Shown in pieces: positions 19,172-29,186 of a stretch of DNA of 57,699 bases. Positions within the stretch are counted from its first letter, which is position 1; each line of letters starts with the position of its first letter. Location of the stretch: IMG/VR virus record IMGVR_UViG_3300047547_000110, positions 1-57,699 of that record. One strand, 5' to 3'. This DNA is from a virus. Lineage: Duplodnaviria > Caudoviricetes. The notes under the pieces are model-generated. The model saw only the letters and a program-made list of their open reading frames with translations. It did not search any database and had not been told where the DNA came from. The position numbers and the translations under genes were made by a program.

Positions 19172-19537
19172 TTACCTCCGCAACTGCAGGGCGTACACAA
19201 CTGCAAGCCCGGCAGGATTCACAGGGTTGACGTCGACAATCGCCCACACAACCCCGTTGGCCTCGGCAAACGTGTCTGCTTGCTTTGGCTCTTGATTCGC
19301 TTGGATGTAAGCTTGACGGTCGCCTCGCATGATCGTCTCACCATCCACCAGTTTCTCCTCGTAGTCAACGACAACGCCGATGACCTCGAAGACTTGCGGA
19401 GCTCCTCCTGTCACAGTCCCGTTGACCGGGTCAACCGTGACAGGTGCTCCGGCCCTGCGAAGCTCACAATCCTGGCCGAACTCGGCCAGGAGCGCGTCCA
19501 CAGTGCCCTTCAAGCCGGCGTAGTCGAAGGTAGCCAT
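19172..19537 (-). CDS. Head closure protein
   Basis: Position and LLAEFG...DG..I..GD pattern. Confidence 0.7.
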   Translation of the reverse strand: MATFDYAGLKGTVDALLAEFGQDCELRRAGAPVTVDPVNGTVTGGAPQVFEVIGVVVDYEEKLVDGETIMRGDRQAYIQANQEPKQADTFAEANGVVWAIVDVNPVNPAGLAVVYALQLRR

Positions 19538-19539
19538 TG

Positions 19540-20064
19540 TTAGGCCCTCCCAAGTTCGCCGGAGTTGCTCGACCCGATCAAGCCTGCAGCTTGCAGAGTG
19601 AGGGTGACTTCCGGGTAGTCAGGAGTGGAGGCCGACGCAGAAGCTCCCACCGACTCACTGTACTTGGTCTGCACCTTGATAGGTCCAACCTCTTTCAAGG
19701 ACTCGATGACTTTGCCGCCAGAAGCGTCGAAGGTCGGGTCCGGCATCAGAGGCTTGCCTGTCAGTGCGCGATTTGCCATCATGCAGGTCGCAGTGACCAA
19801 GGCAGGAGGCAGACCACGCAGGAACGATGTCACGCCGCCACGAGGCCATTGAGTGCCCTGCAGGCGACGAATCTGGTAGCCAACCCACTTGTACCGACCA
19901 TCCAGGTAGGTCGTCGCATTGACGATGGCAGCCTGGAGCTCGGCATCGGTTCGAGCCGCAAGGTCTACCCCGCGGTCGAGCCAGTAGGCGCGTGCCGTTG
20001 CCGGATCAGTGTAGGCGTTTGCCCCGTCCACTGTTCCGTCATTGTCTTGAGGAGTGAAGGCCAT
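19540..20064 (-). CDS. Head-tail adaptor
   Basis: GANAY, AT.YLD, Q...WPR, VGPI...Y motifs. Confidence 0.75.
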   Translation of the reverse strand: MAFTPQDNDGTVDGANAYTDPATARAYWLDRGVDLAARTDAELQAAIVNATTYLDGRYKWVGYQIRRLQGTQWPRGGVTSFLRGLPPALVTATCMMANRALTGKPLMPDPTFDASGGKVIESLKEVGPIKVQTKYSESVGASASASTPDYPEVTLTLQAAGLIGSSNSGELGRA

Positions 20065-20074
20065 GTCTTAGCCC

Positions 20075-20305
20075 TCACTCAATCTTCAGGTCTGAAGCGT
20101 TCTCAGCGAGCACTTGCCCCTGGTCACGCCAGTCCGCCCCGGTCACCGTGGCAATGACGCCGTTGGTGGCCTTGCGGATGGTTACTTGACCGCCCGGAGG
20201 AACCCGGACGGTCTGCTGACCAGCCGGGGCCTTCGGGGGCGTGGCGGGAGCCTGGCCCGCCGTCGTACGCGGCTTGGTCATATCGCTGCTAGTGTAGCGG
20301 GCCAT
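20075..20305 (-). CDS. Hypothetical protein (head region)
   Basis: AAGGAGG RBS, ATG at 20305. Confidence 0.65.
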   Translation of the reverse strand: MARYTSSDMTKPRTTAGQAPATPPKAPAGQQTVRVPPGGQVTIRKATNGVIATVTGADWRDQGQVLAENASDLKIE

Positions 20306-20318
20306 GGCTATTCCCTCC

Positions 20319-20963
20319 TTACTGCTTTGCGGCGCGCGCTTTGGCGCGGGTGTAGCCTTCGGCCACGGCGTCGACTTCGTCGCGGGCAACCTTCTTGCCA
20401 ACCAGCTCACCGAGGTGCTCGAGGTTCGGCAGGTTGTTCGACGTCCAGTGGGCATCGGTCTCGGGGTCGAGCAGGCCGATCGCCTCGGCAAGGCTCGGCT
20501 TCACGTCCGGAGCGCCGTTCGGCGTGTTCTGGGCGGTACCGGTCGTCTCGGTGGACGTGGTGCTGCCTTGCGTGCCGGCTTGATCGCCCGTGGCATCCTG
20601 GCTCGCCTGAACCTTGACCAGTTCACGCACCTTGACCTCGTCTTCAGCAGTGAAGAGCTCACCGAAGTGGGCGCTCATGGCCTTGACCACATATTCAGGG
20701 TCGGTCTGGTCGCCAGGCAGCTCGGAGAGAGCTTTGTCCAGGTCGGCGCGGATGGGGCCAGTACGCTCGCTGCGCAGCTGGTCCAGCTCGGCCTTCTCGG
20801 CGGTTACCGCGCCGTAGAACTCCAAGACACGCGCCAGGGTGGCGGCTTGGCCTTCAGAGCCGGAGTAGATGAATTCGCCATCAACGAACTCGTGCCCGTT
20901 GACAACCATGCTCCGACCGGCGTGCGGGCCGATCAGAACAAACTTCTGGGTGACTGATGCCAT
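20319..20963 (-). CDS. Hypothetical protein (head region)
   Basis: AAGGAG RBS; C-terminal HWT..N.P..E.L pattern. Confidence 0.75.
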   Translation of the reverse strand: MASVTQKFVLIGPHAGRSMVVNGHEFVDGEFIYSGSEGQAATLARVLEFYGAVTAEKAELDQLRSERTGPIRADLDKALSELPGDQTDPEYVVKAMSAHFGELFTAEDEVKVRELVKVQASQDATGDQAGTQGSTTSTETTGTAQNTPNGAPDVKPSLAEAIGLLDPETDAHWTSNNLPNLEHLGELVGKKVARDEVDAVAEGYTRAKARAAKQ

Positions 20964-21034
20964 GATGCTTTCTCCTTCACATGGATTCGTAAGCCATTAG
21001 ACCCCACTAGTTGCCCAGTGAGGTCTTCAGGGGT

Positions 21035-21265
21035 TTAGTTGGGACTCGACAGCAGGATCGGAGCGGCGAGGCCGGTCGTCAGTGCCGTCACGGTTGCGTC
21101 AGACCAAATGCCAGCAGAACCACCAGCTGCAGCAGCTGCAGCAGCACGCGCATTCGCGTTGGCTGCCACATCGTCTGCGACGACGATGACGTTGTTGACT
21201 TTGTTCTGCAAGGTTTGGCCGGTTCGCGAAGGCGAGAGAGCGACCAGGTACAAGGCGTTGGCCAT
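21035..21265 (-). CDS. Small Ala-rich virion protein (possible head decoration)
   Basis: GGAGG RBS; directly after MCP. Confidence 0.6.
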   Translation of the reverse strand: MANALYLVALSPSRTGQTLQNKVNNVIVVADDVAANANARAAAAAAAGGSAGIWSDATVTALTTGLAAPILLSSPN

Positions 21266-21331
21266 GTGGAATCCTCCAATATACGCCCGCCGGCATTATG
21301 CCGGCGGGCTGACTGTGGACCCAGCTAAAGA

Positions 21332-22264
21332 TTAGCCGGGGATGACGCCCTTCAGCACAGCGAGACCCTTCTCGCTGAACAGAGCCAGACCGCAGTACCA
21401 CACCACGCGGGTGATGGACTCGTCCGCATCTTCCTTCTCGCCGACTTCCTTGATGTTGATACCGGCCGCCTTCTCAGCGGTCAGACCGGCGATACCGTGC
21501 GAACGGCTGCCGTCGTCGAAGGTACCCGCGAACACCGAGGTGGCATTCGACGCGGAACCCTGGGTCTGCGTGATCGGAATCCAGTCATTGCGGAAGATCG
21601 GGATGCCGCGGTAAGCCGGCACCTGACGACCGGACGCCATGGTGTACACATCGCCCGGCGAAGTGCCACCCAGGCTGCGGAGCAGCGCGAGGTACTTGCG
21701 GCGGGTGCGGCTGTGCATCATCAGGTAGTCCACCTGACCGTCCTTGTCGGTCACCAGGTCGATCAGCGCATCCAGGTCCTCGAAGGACAGGGCTGCACCG
21801 TTCGCGGCGCCGTTGTTGGCGGTGATGGTCTGACCCGCAGCAACCAGGCCGAACATGCCAGCCATGTTGTTGCCGGTGGCGTCACCGTTAATCATCTGGT
21901 CCTGGTACTTGCGACCGGCCGACTTTGCCTTGGAGGCGATCTGCACCGCCTTCTGGTCGTTGCCGTCGCCGGAGCGAGTGGCCTGAATCAGACCGTTGAC
22001 CTCGGCGTCGCCGATGATCGTGGTGAGGGTCGAGGTGACCTGCGTGAAGGTCGCAGCCGCCTTGGCAGTGATGGTCGAGCCCACGCCAGCGACTTGCACA
22101 TCGCCCAGCACGTTCTCGCGGTTGTACGCGAGGGCGTTGCCGTCGATGCCGTCGAAGGGCAGCAGTTCGAACATCTCGTTGACGGTGATGACGTTTTCGA
22201 TGACACCAGCGACGAGTTCGTCCTGGGCCAGCTTCGCCGACTCGGCGAGGGTTACGGAAGCCAT
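21332..22264 (-). CDS. Major capsid protein
   Basis: MASVTLAESAKL, LPF..I.GNALAYNRE, YRGIPIFRND, RVVWYCGLALFS; strong AGGAG RBS. Confidence 0.9.
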   Translation of the reverse strand: MASVTLAESAKLAQDELVAGVIENVITVNEMFELLPFDGIDGNALAYNRENVLGDVQVAGVGSTITAKAAATFTQVTSTLTTIIGDAEVNGLIQATRSGDGNDQKAVQIASKAKSAGRKYQDQMINGDATGNNMAGMFGLVAAGQTITANNGAANGAALSFEDLDALIDLVTDKDGQVDYLMMHSRTRRKYLALLRSLGGTSPGDVYTMASGRQVPAYRGIPIFRNDWIPITQTQGSASNATSVFAGTFDDGSRSHGIAGLTAEKAAGINIKEVGEKEDADESITRVVWYCGLALFSEKGLAVLKGVIPG

Positions 22265-22466
22265 GTTGTTTCTCCTAACAGAGGTTGAGGGTTTGCTTGG
22301 TTTGGTGCCGGATCGCCCGACGATTCGACCCCGGGCCAGGCGTCACGCCTCTGCTGGGTCAGCGAGCGCGGTTCGCGGAGGTCATCCGCGCTCGCACGCT
22401 ATGGTTCGAAACTTTGCCATGACGGCACCAGCTCGTAACCCCATAAACCAGCACCAGCACAGCAGT

Positions 22467-22584
22467 ATCTGAGCTATCTGAGTCCCTCAAAGTGCCAGGT
22501 CCGTACGTAGAAAGCTATGCGCACCAAGGACTTAGAGCCATTTTGGACCGTACGAGCCTTGGACTCGGTGTTGTACCAGGAAAA
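22467..22584 (+). repeat. 118-bp conserved non-coding element, copy A
   Basis: 84/118 ungapped identity to the reverse complement of 37316-37433. Confidence 0.9.
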
Positions 22585-22759
22585 CACACGGCCACCGATT
22601 CAGGGCAAGGTCAGCCACGGCGTAACCGAGGTCTAGAAGCCTTAGATGGCCTAGAAGTCCTTATCCGGCTTAGAGTTACAGTCACTTAGAGACCTATATA
22701 AGGTTTAGATTACCTTAGATTAAAGGATAGATAAAATAAATAGAAAATAATTGCTTGAA

Positions 22760-22792
22760 GGGGCTCCCAAGCTAGGAGAACCCTGCCATAAT
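22760..22792 (+). promoter_or_regulatory. Early promoter P3
   Basis: GGGGCTCCCA-N17-CATAAT; shares ATAATCATCCCAT with P1. Confidence 0.75.
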
Positions 22793-22829
22793 CATCCCAT
22801 CAACACGAAACACTGACTTGGAGCTCAAC

Positions 22830-23030
22830 ATGAACCGCCCTTTCGCCAACACCGCAGCCGCTGACTACGACGCCACTGTGGCAGCTGTTGAACTGCAGCT
22901 CGCCAAGCTGAAGGGCAAGATTGAAGCCCACAAGGCGAAGGCCAAGACCGACCCCAAGAATTGGGGCTATTCGGGTGACCTTCGCAAGGTTGAGTCCGAC
23001 CTCGCTGACCTTCTCGCCTTCCTCAACTAA
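22830..23030 (+). CDS. Small early coiled-coil protein
   Basis: GGAG RBS, first gene after P3. Confidence 0.75.
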   Translation: MNRPFANTAAADYDATVAAVELQLAKLKGKIEAHKAKAKTDPKNWGYSGDLRKVESDLADLLAFLN

Positions 23031-23041
23031 GGAGCCACATC

Positions 23042-23545
23042 ATGACCGCCAAGAAGACCGCCTTTGCGAAGTCCATTGTCACGCAGCTCGAGGATGGTGC
23101 CATTGTGGCCATCGGGGACTGCTGTGTCATGCTTCGACTGTCTGAGACCGAAACCTATTCCAACCTCCATGAGGTGGTGGAAGGTAAGCTCATCCCGCAA
23201 TATACGGAGCTGCTCGACTCGGCTCTTGGGTTTGCTCAAGCCTTCAAGCCCACTGCTGCATTCAACAAGGACCTAGTGGCGCATGCCTTCCTTTGCCAAC
23301 TCGTGGCCGATATTGGCGAGGAGAACTTCGCCGAAGTGGTTCGCAAGCAGAAGGAGACACCGATTCAAGGCGTCTGCTATTCTCATGACTTCTGTGACGC
23401 CAACATGACCATGGACGCAGCGATGAAGTCTCTCGGCATCGATCCAATGCCCGAGGACGAAGATGGCATGCCCGACCGCGTGGTCGACCTTTGGAATGCT
23501 GCATGGGACCACGCCAAGACTCGCATGGAGGCTATGACCCTCTAA
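23042..23545 (+). CDS. Hypothetical early protein
   Basis: TAAGGAG RBS; C.SHDFCDAN motif. Confidence 0.75.
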   Translation: MTAKKTAFAKSIVTQLEDGAIVAIGDCCVMLRLSETETYSNLHEVVEGKLIPQYTELLDSALGFAQAFKPTAAFNKDLVAHAFLCQLVADIGEENFAEVVRKQKETPIQGVCYSHDFCDANMTMDAAMKSLGIDPMPEDEDGMPDRVVDLWNAAWDHAKTRMEAMTL

Positions 23546-23613
23546 ACAACGGCATCAGATGCACCTAGCTGGGTGCATGATTACTTCACCGACCTACCTA
23601 TGGGAGAATACCG

Positions 23614-24498
23614 ATGGATGACTTCTTTCCGTCCGACGACTACCTCGACGCTTTTGCCGAGGACGTTGGGCTCAACTCGAAGCCGAGCCGCTTCCGTGAA
23701 CCGCCGCACAAGATCGCGGTGAAACGTGGATGGAGCACTATGGTGGGCAATTCCGCGAACAAGCAAGTGCCTCGCGGTGGAGCGCCGTGGACGGGCAAGG
23801 AAGACGCCGACCTGCTCAAGTCTGCTAAGCGCACGACGGACCTCGGCCGTATTGCCAAGGCCCACGGTCGGACTGAGACTGCCATCGCTTGTCGCCTCGA
23901 GCATCTCGGGTATGACAAGGGCGCTCTCATTGCCATGGACTTTGCCGACGTCGAGCTCCGCGTCGTCTCCCACATGATCGCAAACAACACGAAAGGAACC
24001 AACAAGATGAAAATGACTGCCAACCGACTGATCCTGCTGCTCGGCGCGTACCGCGGAAGCCTCGAGGCTGAGACTCGCACCGGAACCACCGCCCCGGACC
24101 TTTGCTTCCTCACCGTGGAAGGGCTTCTCGCTCAAGACGGTGTGGGCGGACACTTCATCACGGATGAAGGCCGTGTGCTTGTAGAGGGTCTGCTGGGCCG
24201 CTCGTCCTCGGCTTCCGGCCGTGATGGCGCCAGCACGTCTTGGAATGGCCCGCGCAACACCAGCATGCTCGATGACCAGCGCTTCTACATGGTTGCCTCG
24301 GGTGACTGCATGAAGGGCGGACCGCACGGACGTCCTCAGCTCAAAAAGCCAGCAATCACTGTGCAGAGCTCGGGCCGCGATGCTGAGAAGGAGGCCAAGC
24401 GCCTCGCCGATCTGAGCCGTGGCGAGAAGTTCTTCGTCCTGCAGGCTGTCTCGGTGCATGAGGTCCAGCCGCAGCCTGCCACGTCCCGCCGTCTGTGA
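23614..24498 (+). CDS. Protein with Myb/SANT-like HTH domain
   Basis: GAPWT.KED..L...IAKAHGRT..AI..RL. Confidence 0.7.
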   Translation: MDDFFPSDDYLDAFAEDVGLNSKPSRFREPPHKIAVKRGWSTMVGNSANKQVPRGGAPWTGKEDADLLKSAKRTTDLGRIAKAHGRTETAIACRLEHLGYDKGALIAMDFADVELRVVSHMIANNTKGTNKMKMTANRLILLLGAYRGSLEAETRTGTTAPDLCFLTVEGLLAQDGVGGHFITDEGRVLVEGLLGRSSSASGRDGASTSWNGPRNTSMLDDQRFYMVASGDCMKGGPHGRPQLKKPAITVQSSGRDAEKEAKRLADLSRGEKFFVLQAVSVHEVQPQPATSRRL

Positions 24499-24506
24499 TT
24501 GGGCAA

Positions 24507-24536
24507 AAGAAAAGGGAGCCGAAGCTCCCTTTTCTT
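24507..24536. terminator. Bidirectional terminator
   Basis: AAGAAAAGGGAGC-CGAA-GCTCCCTTTTCTT between convergent genes. Confidence 0.85.
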
Positions 24537-24548
24537 GCTGCCTTGCGC

Positions 24549-25325
24549 TTAGCGGCGCTTGGCGAGGCCCGCTGCAATCTTCTCGGTCGGCGAGAGGTCG
24601 CGCTTCTGCGGGTTGGGCTTGCCCGTGGTGGAGCCCGGCTTGACACCTGAACCGCTCGGCGCTTCGCTCTCGAAAGCGCGGCCGAAGGTGGGGCTGGCCT
24701 TCATCTCTTTCACGAGGTCCTCGACCGTCATGAAACCGCCGGAGGCGTTGCCACGCGGATCGCCAGACTCATCGATCACACGGACGACGTACTCCTCGCC
24801 TTCCTTGATGACCTTGGTCTTGGCCTGGATATGCGGGAGCAGCAGCTCAGGCACACCCTTCTGGCCGGCGATCGCTTGCACAGCCGCCGTGGTGACCAGG
24901 TACTTCTGGAGGGTCTTGCCCATGTTCTGGAGTTCGCCGTCCTTGCCCTGCAGCTGGGTCTGGAAGCCACGCTCCAGGTCCTTCTTCATCTTCTCCCAGT
25001 TGACCTTGCCGTCTTTCGACTCACCGATGACACGCTCGACCGCCTGCTTGAGTGTCTCAGCCGAGACAGCATCGTCGCCTTCAAGGCCGAGCAGCTGGCC
25101 GACAGCGGCGAAGCCTGACACGTCAGGGCGGTTGCGCTTGGCTTCATCAGCGTCACGGCGAGCAGCCTTGAGGGACTTGTTCAGGCCGTCGATCGCACCA
25201 GCAGTACCCTTGAACGTTTCACCCAAGACGTAGCCGCCGTCGCCTTCGCTGTACATCCCGCGGAATTGCTCAGGCACCTTGTCGATGCTGTCCACGGTGG
25301 GGTTCTTCAGAAATTCAAATTCCAT
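24549..25325 (-). CDS. Capsid scaffolding protein
   Basis: Coiled coil, G.G..PG then short C-terminal helix (PTEKIAAGL); follows the head morphogenesis gene. Confidence 0.8.
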   Translation of the reverse strand: MEFEFLKNPTVDSIDKVPEQFRGMYSEGDGGYVLGETFKGTAGAIDGLNKSLKAARRDADEAKRNRPDVSGFAAVGQLLGLEGDDAVSAETLKQAVERVIGESKDGKVNWEKMKKDLERGFQTQLQGKDGELQNMGKTLQKYLVTTAAVQAIAGQKGVPELLLPHIQAKTKVIKEGEEYVVRVIDESGDPRGNASGGFMTVEDLVKEMKASPTFGRAFESEAPSGSGVKPGSTTGKPNPQKRDLSPTEKIAAGLAKRR

Positions 25326-25457
25326 CACACTCTCCTTCTGCGCATCACGCGCGGTTGTTGGGCATCGCGCCCGGGATAATCTCAGATTGGCACCTTAACG
25401 CCGGCGCCTATATGTTGTGGACCATTGTTTGCTTACCGGGTCGACTTCGGCCACGGA

Positions 25458-26651
25458 TCAGTCGTCCGTCCCACGAAGCCGGTCTAGCAGTTCGCGGGCA
25501 TCGTCGTCAAGCCGAGTACGCAGCTGGTCCAGGTTGTACTGGCGCCCGCTAGCATCCACAAACTTGTCGAGTGACACGCCACCGTCACGGAACAAGCGGG
25601 CACGCGTAGGGCCCAGGACCTCGTCCTGGAACTTCGCAGGCTGGCGCTTGATCCAGTCCTGGTAGGTGACATTGCTTGGGGTCAAGCCGATGTTCTCCGC
25701 AGCCCAGGCGTCACGCCGAGCCTTGACTTGCGCCCGACGATCGGCAGCCGACATGCGGGACCACTCTTTCGCGCCTGCCTCTTCACGAGCTTCCTGGGTG
25801 AAGTCCAGCTCACGCTTGCGGCGGGTACGACCGTCACGGACTGTGGGCCGATCACCCACAATCTCCTCACCGGCCAGAATAGGGACCACCGTGGAGCGGC
25901 AGTTTGGATGCGCTGGCGGGCGAGGCCCTTTGTCAATTGGGTAGACTTCACCGTCACGAGAACGGCAGACAGCCGAGGTGCGGCCGTCCAAGGTAGCTAC
26001 CCAACGGACTCCGCTGATGATGTCAGCATTGGCCTCCCAGGTCGCTTGGCGGGCGCCAGTCGAGACGTGGTTCGCCGCTGTACGCACAACAGTCTCGGCG
26101 TCACGCTTGGTGATAGCCAGAACCCCGTCAGAGTAGTTCGCGGCCTTGGTCCCACGGATGCGGCGCACGATCTGGTCGTTGGTCTCGCCCTGCAGGATGC
26201 CCAGACGCAGCTGTTGCTCGATGCGCTGAGAGTCTGCAGCAGCCAGACGATCCCACCAGCCTTGCAACGGAATGCCGTTGATAGGCGACGCCACGACAGC
26301 CCTCAGCGTAGCAGGCGCTACGGTGTTGAAGGCAATCTCGACAGGCACAGCCGCAGCCATGGCATTAACCTCCCAAGTGGCCTCGACTTGAGACAACCCA
26401 TTGAGGTCAGGGCGCACGTCGGCATCGACCGCAGCAATAGCTGCTGCCCGCAGCCTCCGAATCTCGATCAGCATCGCGTTTAGGCGCGCTTCTTGGAACT
26501 CGGTGAGGTTCTCCTGGAGCATCGCGACAAGCTCACGATCCGAAGCCTCCAGGAGCTTGACTGCATCAGCTGCCATGCGGTTAGAGAACCGCAAGACAGC
26601 GATCTGATGGCGGACCGTGGCGTCGAGGAGCTCCTCGTTCGCGGTAGGCAT
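25458..26651 (-). CDS. Head morphogenesis protein (SPP1 gp7 / MuF family)
   Basis: ATLDGRTS..C..RDG, PPAHPNCRS. Confidence 0.9.
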   Translation of the reverse strand: MPTANEELLDATVRHQIAVLRFSNRMAADAVKLLEASDRELVAMLQENLTEFQEARLNAMLIEIRRLRAAAIAAVDADVRPDLNGLSQVEATWEVNAMAAAVPVEIAFNTVAPATLRAVVASPINGIPLQGWWDRLAAADSQRIEQQLRLGILQGETNDQIVRRIRGTKAANYSDGVLAITKRDAETVVRTAANHVSTGARQATWEANADIISGVRWVATLDGRTSAVCRSRDGEVYPIDKGPRPPAHPNCRSTVVPILAGEEIVGDRPTVRDGRTRRKRELDFTQEAREEAGAKEWSRMSAADRRAQVKARRDAWAAENIGLTPSNVTYQDWIKRQPAKFQDEVLGPTRARLFRDGGVSLDKFVDASGRQYNLDQLRTRLDDDARELLDRLRGTDD

Positions 26652-28210
26652 CAGTCAGCTCCAGGATTCAGTGCCGGGTCAACCGGTGGGGCGTTGGGAT
26701 TGGCAGGCGGGTTGTTTGGGTCAACCGGTGGGGCGTTGGGATCGGCAGGCGGGTTGTTCGGGTCGGCAGGAGGCGTCTGGGTGCCATTGCCATTGCCAAA
26801 CATGTCGCCCATCGAGCTCGTAGCTTCTTCCTTCAGCTGCTCGGCGTCTTCGTCTTCGTCGAAGTCGTCGGACAGCACTTGGCGGGACTTCATCTCCTTC
26901 AGGAAGGCCTTGCGAGACAGGTCGCGCTGAGCACGCATCTTCAGCAGAGCATCCAGCTCAGCGGAATCAGCTTCCGTCAAGTCCACATCGGTGTTAACCG
27001 TGGCCGAACCTCCAGCCTCAAGACCGAGCCAGTCGGCGGTGAACTGCATGGCCTGCTCGAGGCAGTCCTGGAAGTCCCTCACAGTCGCAGCCAGGTAGGA
27101 CGACGATTCAGCCGAGTCCAGGGCGCGCCCGGTAGCTGTCTCGTCGCCAGGACGCTGACGCATGTACTCCGCGCCGTAGGTGGCCATCTGATTCTCCAAA
27201 GACTGGAGGTCATTGGCACCTGCGGTGATGGCCGCGCCGGTGTGCTCGACGTAGTACCACTTGCCTTCGGGGGCTTCAGTGGTGAGGAAGTTGTTGGGGC
27301 CGATGTTGACCTTCTGGTCTGCCGCCACACCGGACGCAGCCAGGATGGGGAAGCGGGACACAGTGAGAACGTTGCGCTGATCGCTGGCAGACTGCCAGTG
27401 CGCAACGTTGAGGAAGGCCAGGTCAGTGAGGGGCGGCTTGCACTCCATCAGACCCGAGCGCTTGCCTGCATAGAAGGTAACCAGCGGAATGTAGTCCAGC
27501 GAGGTGGTGCCTTCGGATTCGATGTGCCACTCGTCACCTTTTTCATTGGGTGCCCAGACTTCCCACATGCCGGGTTCGAGCACGCGGACGCGGACGACCT
27601 CGACTTCCTCCCAGCCGACACGCTCGACAGTCTTCTCAAGGATGCGGATGTGCGTGAGAACCTCCTGGCCAAGCACCACCGCCGAGTAGGCAGCAATGAG
27701 GCATTCAGGCTTGACGTGCACCCAGTACGGGCGCAAGCCATCAGCACGGTCGTCAGCCAGGGTGCGGGGACGATCGTCACCCTCAGCATCAGTCTTGGCT
27801 TCAGGTGTAGGATGCTCCACGAGGACATGGGAGAAGCCTTTGGCCCAGGCTTCCCGGAACCAGGAGCGCGAGAAGGCCTGCAGGTTGTTGCCCTGCATGT
27901 CAATGTCTTCGGCGTAGTCCACAATCTGAGCGGGCACGTCTTCGCCAAGCACAACCGCTTCACGAAAGGGCTTGCCTGCAAGGGTGTCCAGCGTCTGCTC
28001 AGTCATGTTGAGCAGCGTGGCACGCGACTTGCGGGCTTCGTAGTTCTTGTTGGATTCATTGTCATACTGCGGGAGGAATTCATCCCCAGCAGCTCGCATT
28101 GCTTCCGTGCCAGCAAGCAATACGTCGATCATGCGCCAGCGCGGCGTCATGCGGAGGTAAGCCGACGACGGGGTCGCCACTGTCGGCTTCTTATTGGGTG
28201 TATCTGCCAT
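26651..28210 (-). CDS. Portal protein (DUF4055-like)
   Basis: GTEAMRAAG..FLP, IPLV, PPL.DLA.LN.AHWQ motifs. Confidence 0.85.
   Translation of the reverse strand: MADTPNKKPTVATPSSAYLRMTPRWRMIDVLLAGTEAMRAAGDEFLPQYDNESNKNYEARKSRATLLNMTEQTLDTLAGKPFREAVVLGEDVPAQIVDYAEDIDMQGNNLQAFSRSWFREAWAKGFSHVLVEHPTPEAKTDAEGDDRPRTLADDRADGLRPYWVHVKPECLIAAYSAVVLGQEVLTHIRILEKTVERVGWEEVEVVRVRVLEPGMWEVWAPNEKGDEWHIESEGTTSLDYIPLVTFYAGKRSGLMECKPPLTDLAFLNVAHWQSASDQRNVLTVSRFPILAASGVAADQKVNIGPNNFLTTEAPEGKWYYVEHTGAAITAGANDLQSLENQMATYGAEYMRQRPGDETATGRALDSAESSSYLAATVRDFQDCLEQAMQFTADWLGLEAGGSATVNTDVDLTEADSAELDALLKMRAQRDLSRKAFLKEMKSRQVLSDDFDEDEDAEQLKEEATSSMGDMFGNGNGTQTPPADPNNPPADPNAPPVDPNNPPANPNAPPVDPALNPGAD
26676..26770 (-). 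repeat. Tandem 21/42-bp repeat encoding PP(A/V)(D/N)PN(N/A) at the portal C-terminus
   Basis: GGGTCAACCGGTGGGGCGTTGGGAT..GCAGGCGGGTTGTT present twice on the + strand. Confidence 0.85.
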
Positions 28211-28286
28211 GAGCGGCTCCTCGGTCGGCGGTGTACGTAGATGACCGCGATGGTACCTCGTAAACCGCCGATTCGGGAGCCAGCAA

Positions 28287-29186
28287 TCACGCGTCGCCTG
28301 GGTGGCGTTCCCCTAAGAAGACAGGGAAACGAGGCGCATCTTTCGACCCAATTGGGAAGAACTTGTACTTGACCGTCTTGCCGTGCCACAGGCCCGGACT
28401 CGCCCAAATCAACGCCCTGGTCGCAGCGTCGAAGCCGGTGCCAATGTTGAACTCCACACCGGCGAAAGGACCATTGATTCCCCGGACCTTCAGAGCGCCC
28501 AGTGTGTTCATGCCCACCATGCCGTCTTTCGAGTGGCCGCGTTCGGTCTGCCCCAGGAGCCCGATACTGGCCTCGTTGGAGTTGTGCAGGAGCTCCTCGA
28601 ACCCGATGACCAGAGCCTCTGCATCCTCAAACCGCTTGAGTTTCATCAGGTCCTGCTTAGAGGCCGTGCCACGACCGAACTTGTAGGGTGAGGAGGCGTC
28701 ACGCAGCATGACACCCTCATAGCCTAGCTCTAGCTGGACTCGCTCATACTCATCCAGCTCGTCAAGCGATGTGATGATGGTCTGCTCAACCATCACGCTG
28801 CGACCCGAGCCGGTGGCAATGTCACGGGCCATGCCGAGACGCTCATGATACGGCTTACCGGGCTCGCGCACACAGTCGAAGACATGGAGGAACACATCGG
28901 GCTCACCGTCACGACTCATCACGCCGGACGTCGTGCCGAGGAAGGCACGCGGGTCACGCGGATCGCCCACCAAGAGCTCACCATCCAGTCCTTCCAAGAA
29001 GGTCTTGCCAAAGATGGCTTGGACCCGCCGGTTGGGAATAGGCTTGAGGTTGCGGGACACCACAACCCCGTCACGGATGATCGCACGAATGCCATCCAGC
29101 TTAGGACTGCCCAGCAGCGGCCAGCGAACGGCGGCGGAGTCGGCCACGGTTGCGGCGAGCATGGGGCGAAAGGCTCTCTCAGTCAT
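28287..29186 (-). CDS. lig: ATP-dependent DNA ligase
   Basis: KLDG.R, LDGEL, FD, EGVM, KLK nucleotidyltransferase motifs; OB-fold G.GF...RFP. Confidence 0.92.
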   Translation of the reverse strand: MTERAFRPMLAATVADSAAVRWPLLGSPKLDGIRAIIRDGVVVSRNLKPIPNRRVQAIFGKTFLEGLDGELLVGDPRDPRAFLGTTSGVMSRDGEPDVFLHVFDCVREPGKPYHERLGMARDIATGSGRSVMVEQTIITSLDELDEYERVQLELGYEGVMLRDASSPYKFGRGTASKQDLMKLKRFEDAEALVIGFEELLHNSNEASIGLLGQTERGHSKDGMVGMNTLGALKVRGINGPFAGVEFNIGTGFDAATRALIWASPGLWHGKTVKYKFFPIGSKDAPRFPVFLGERHPGDA

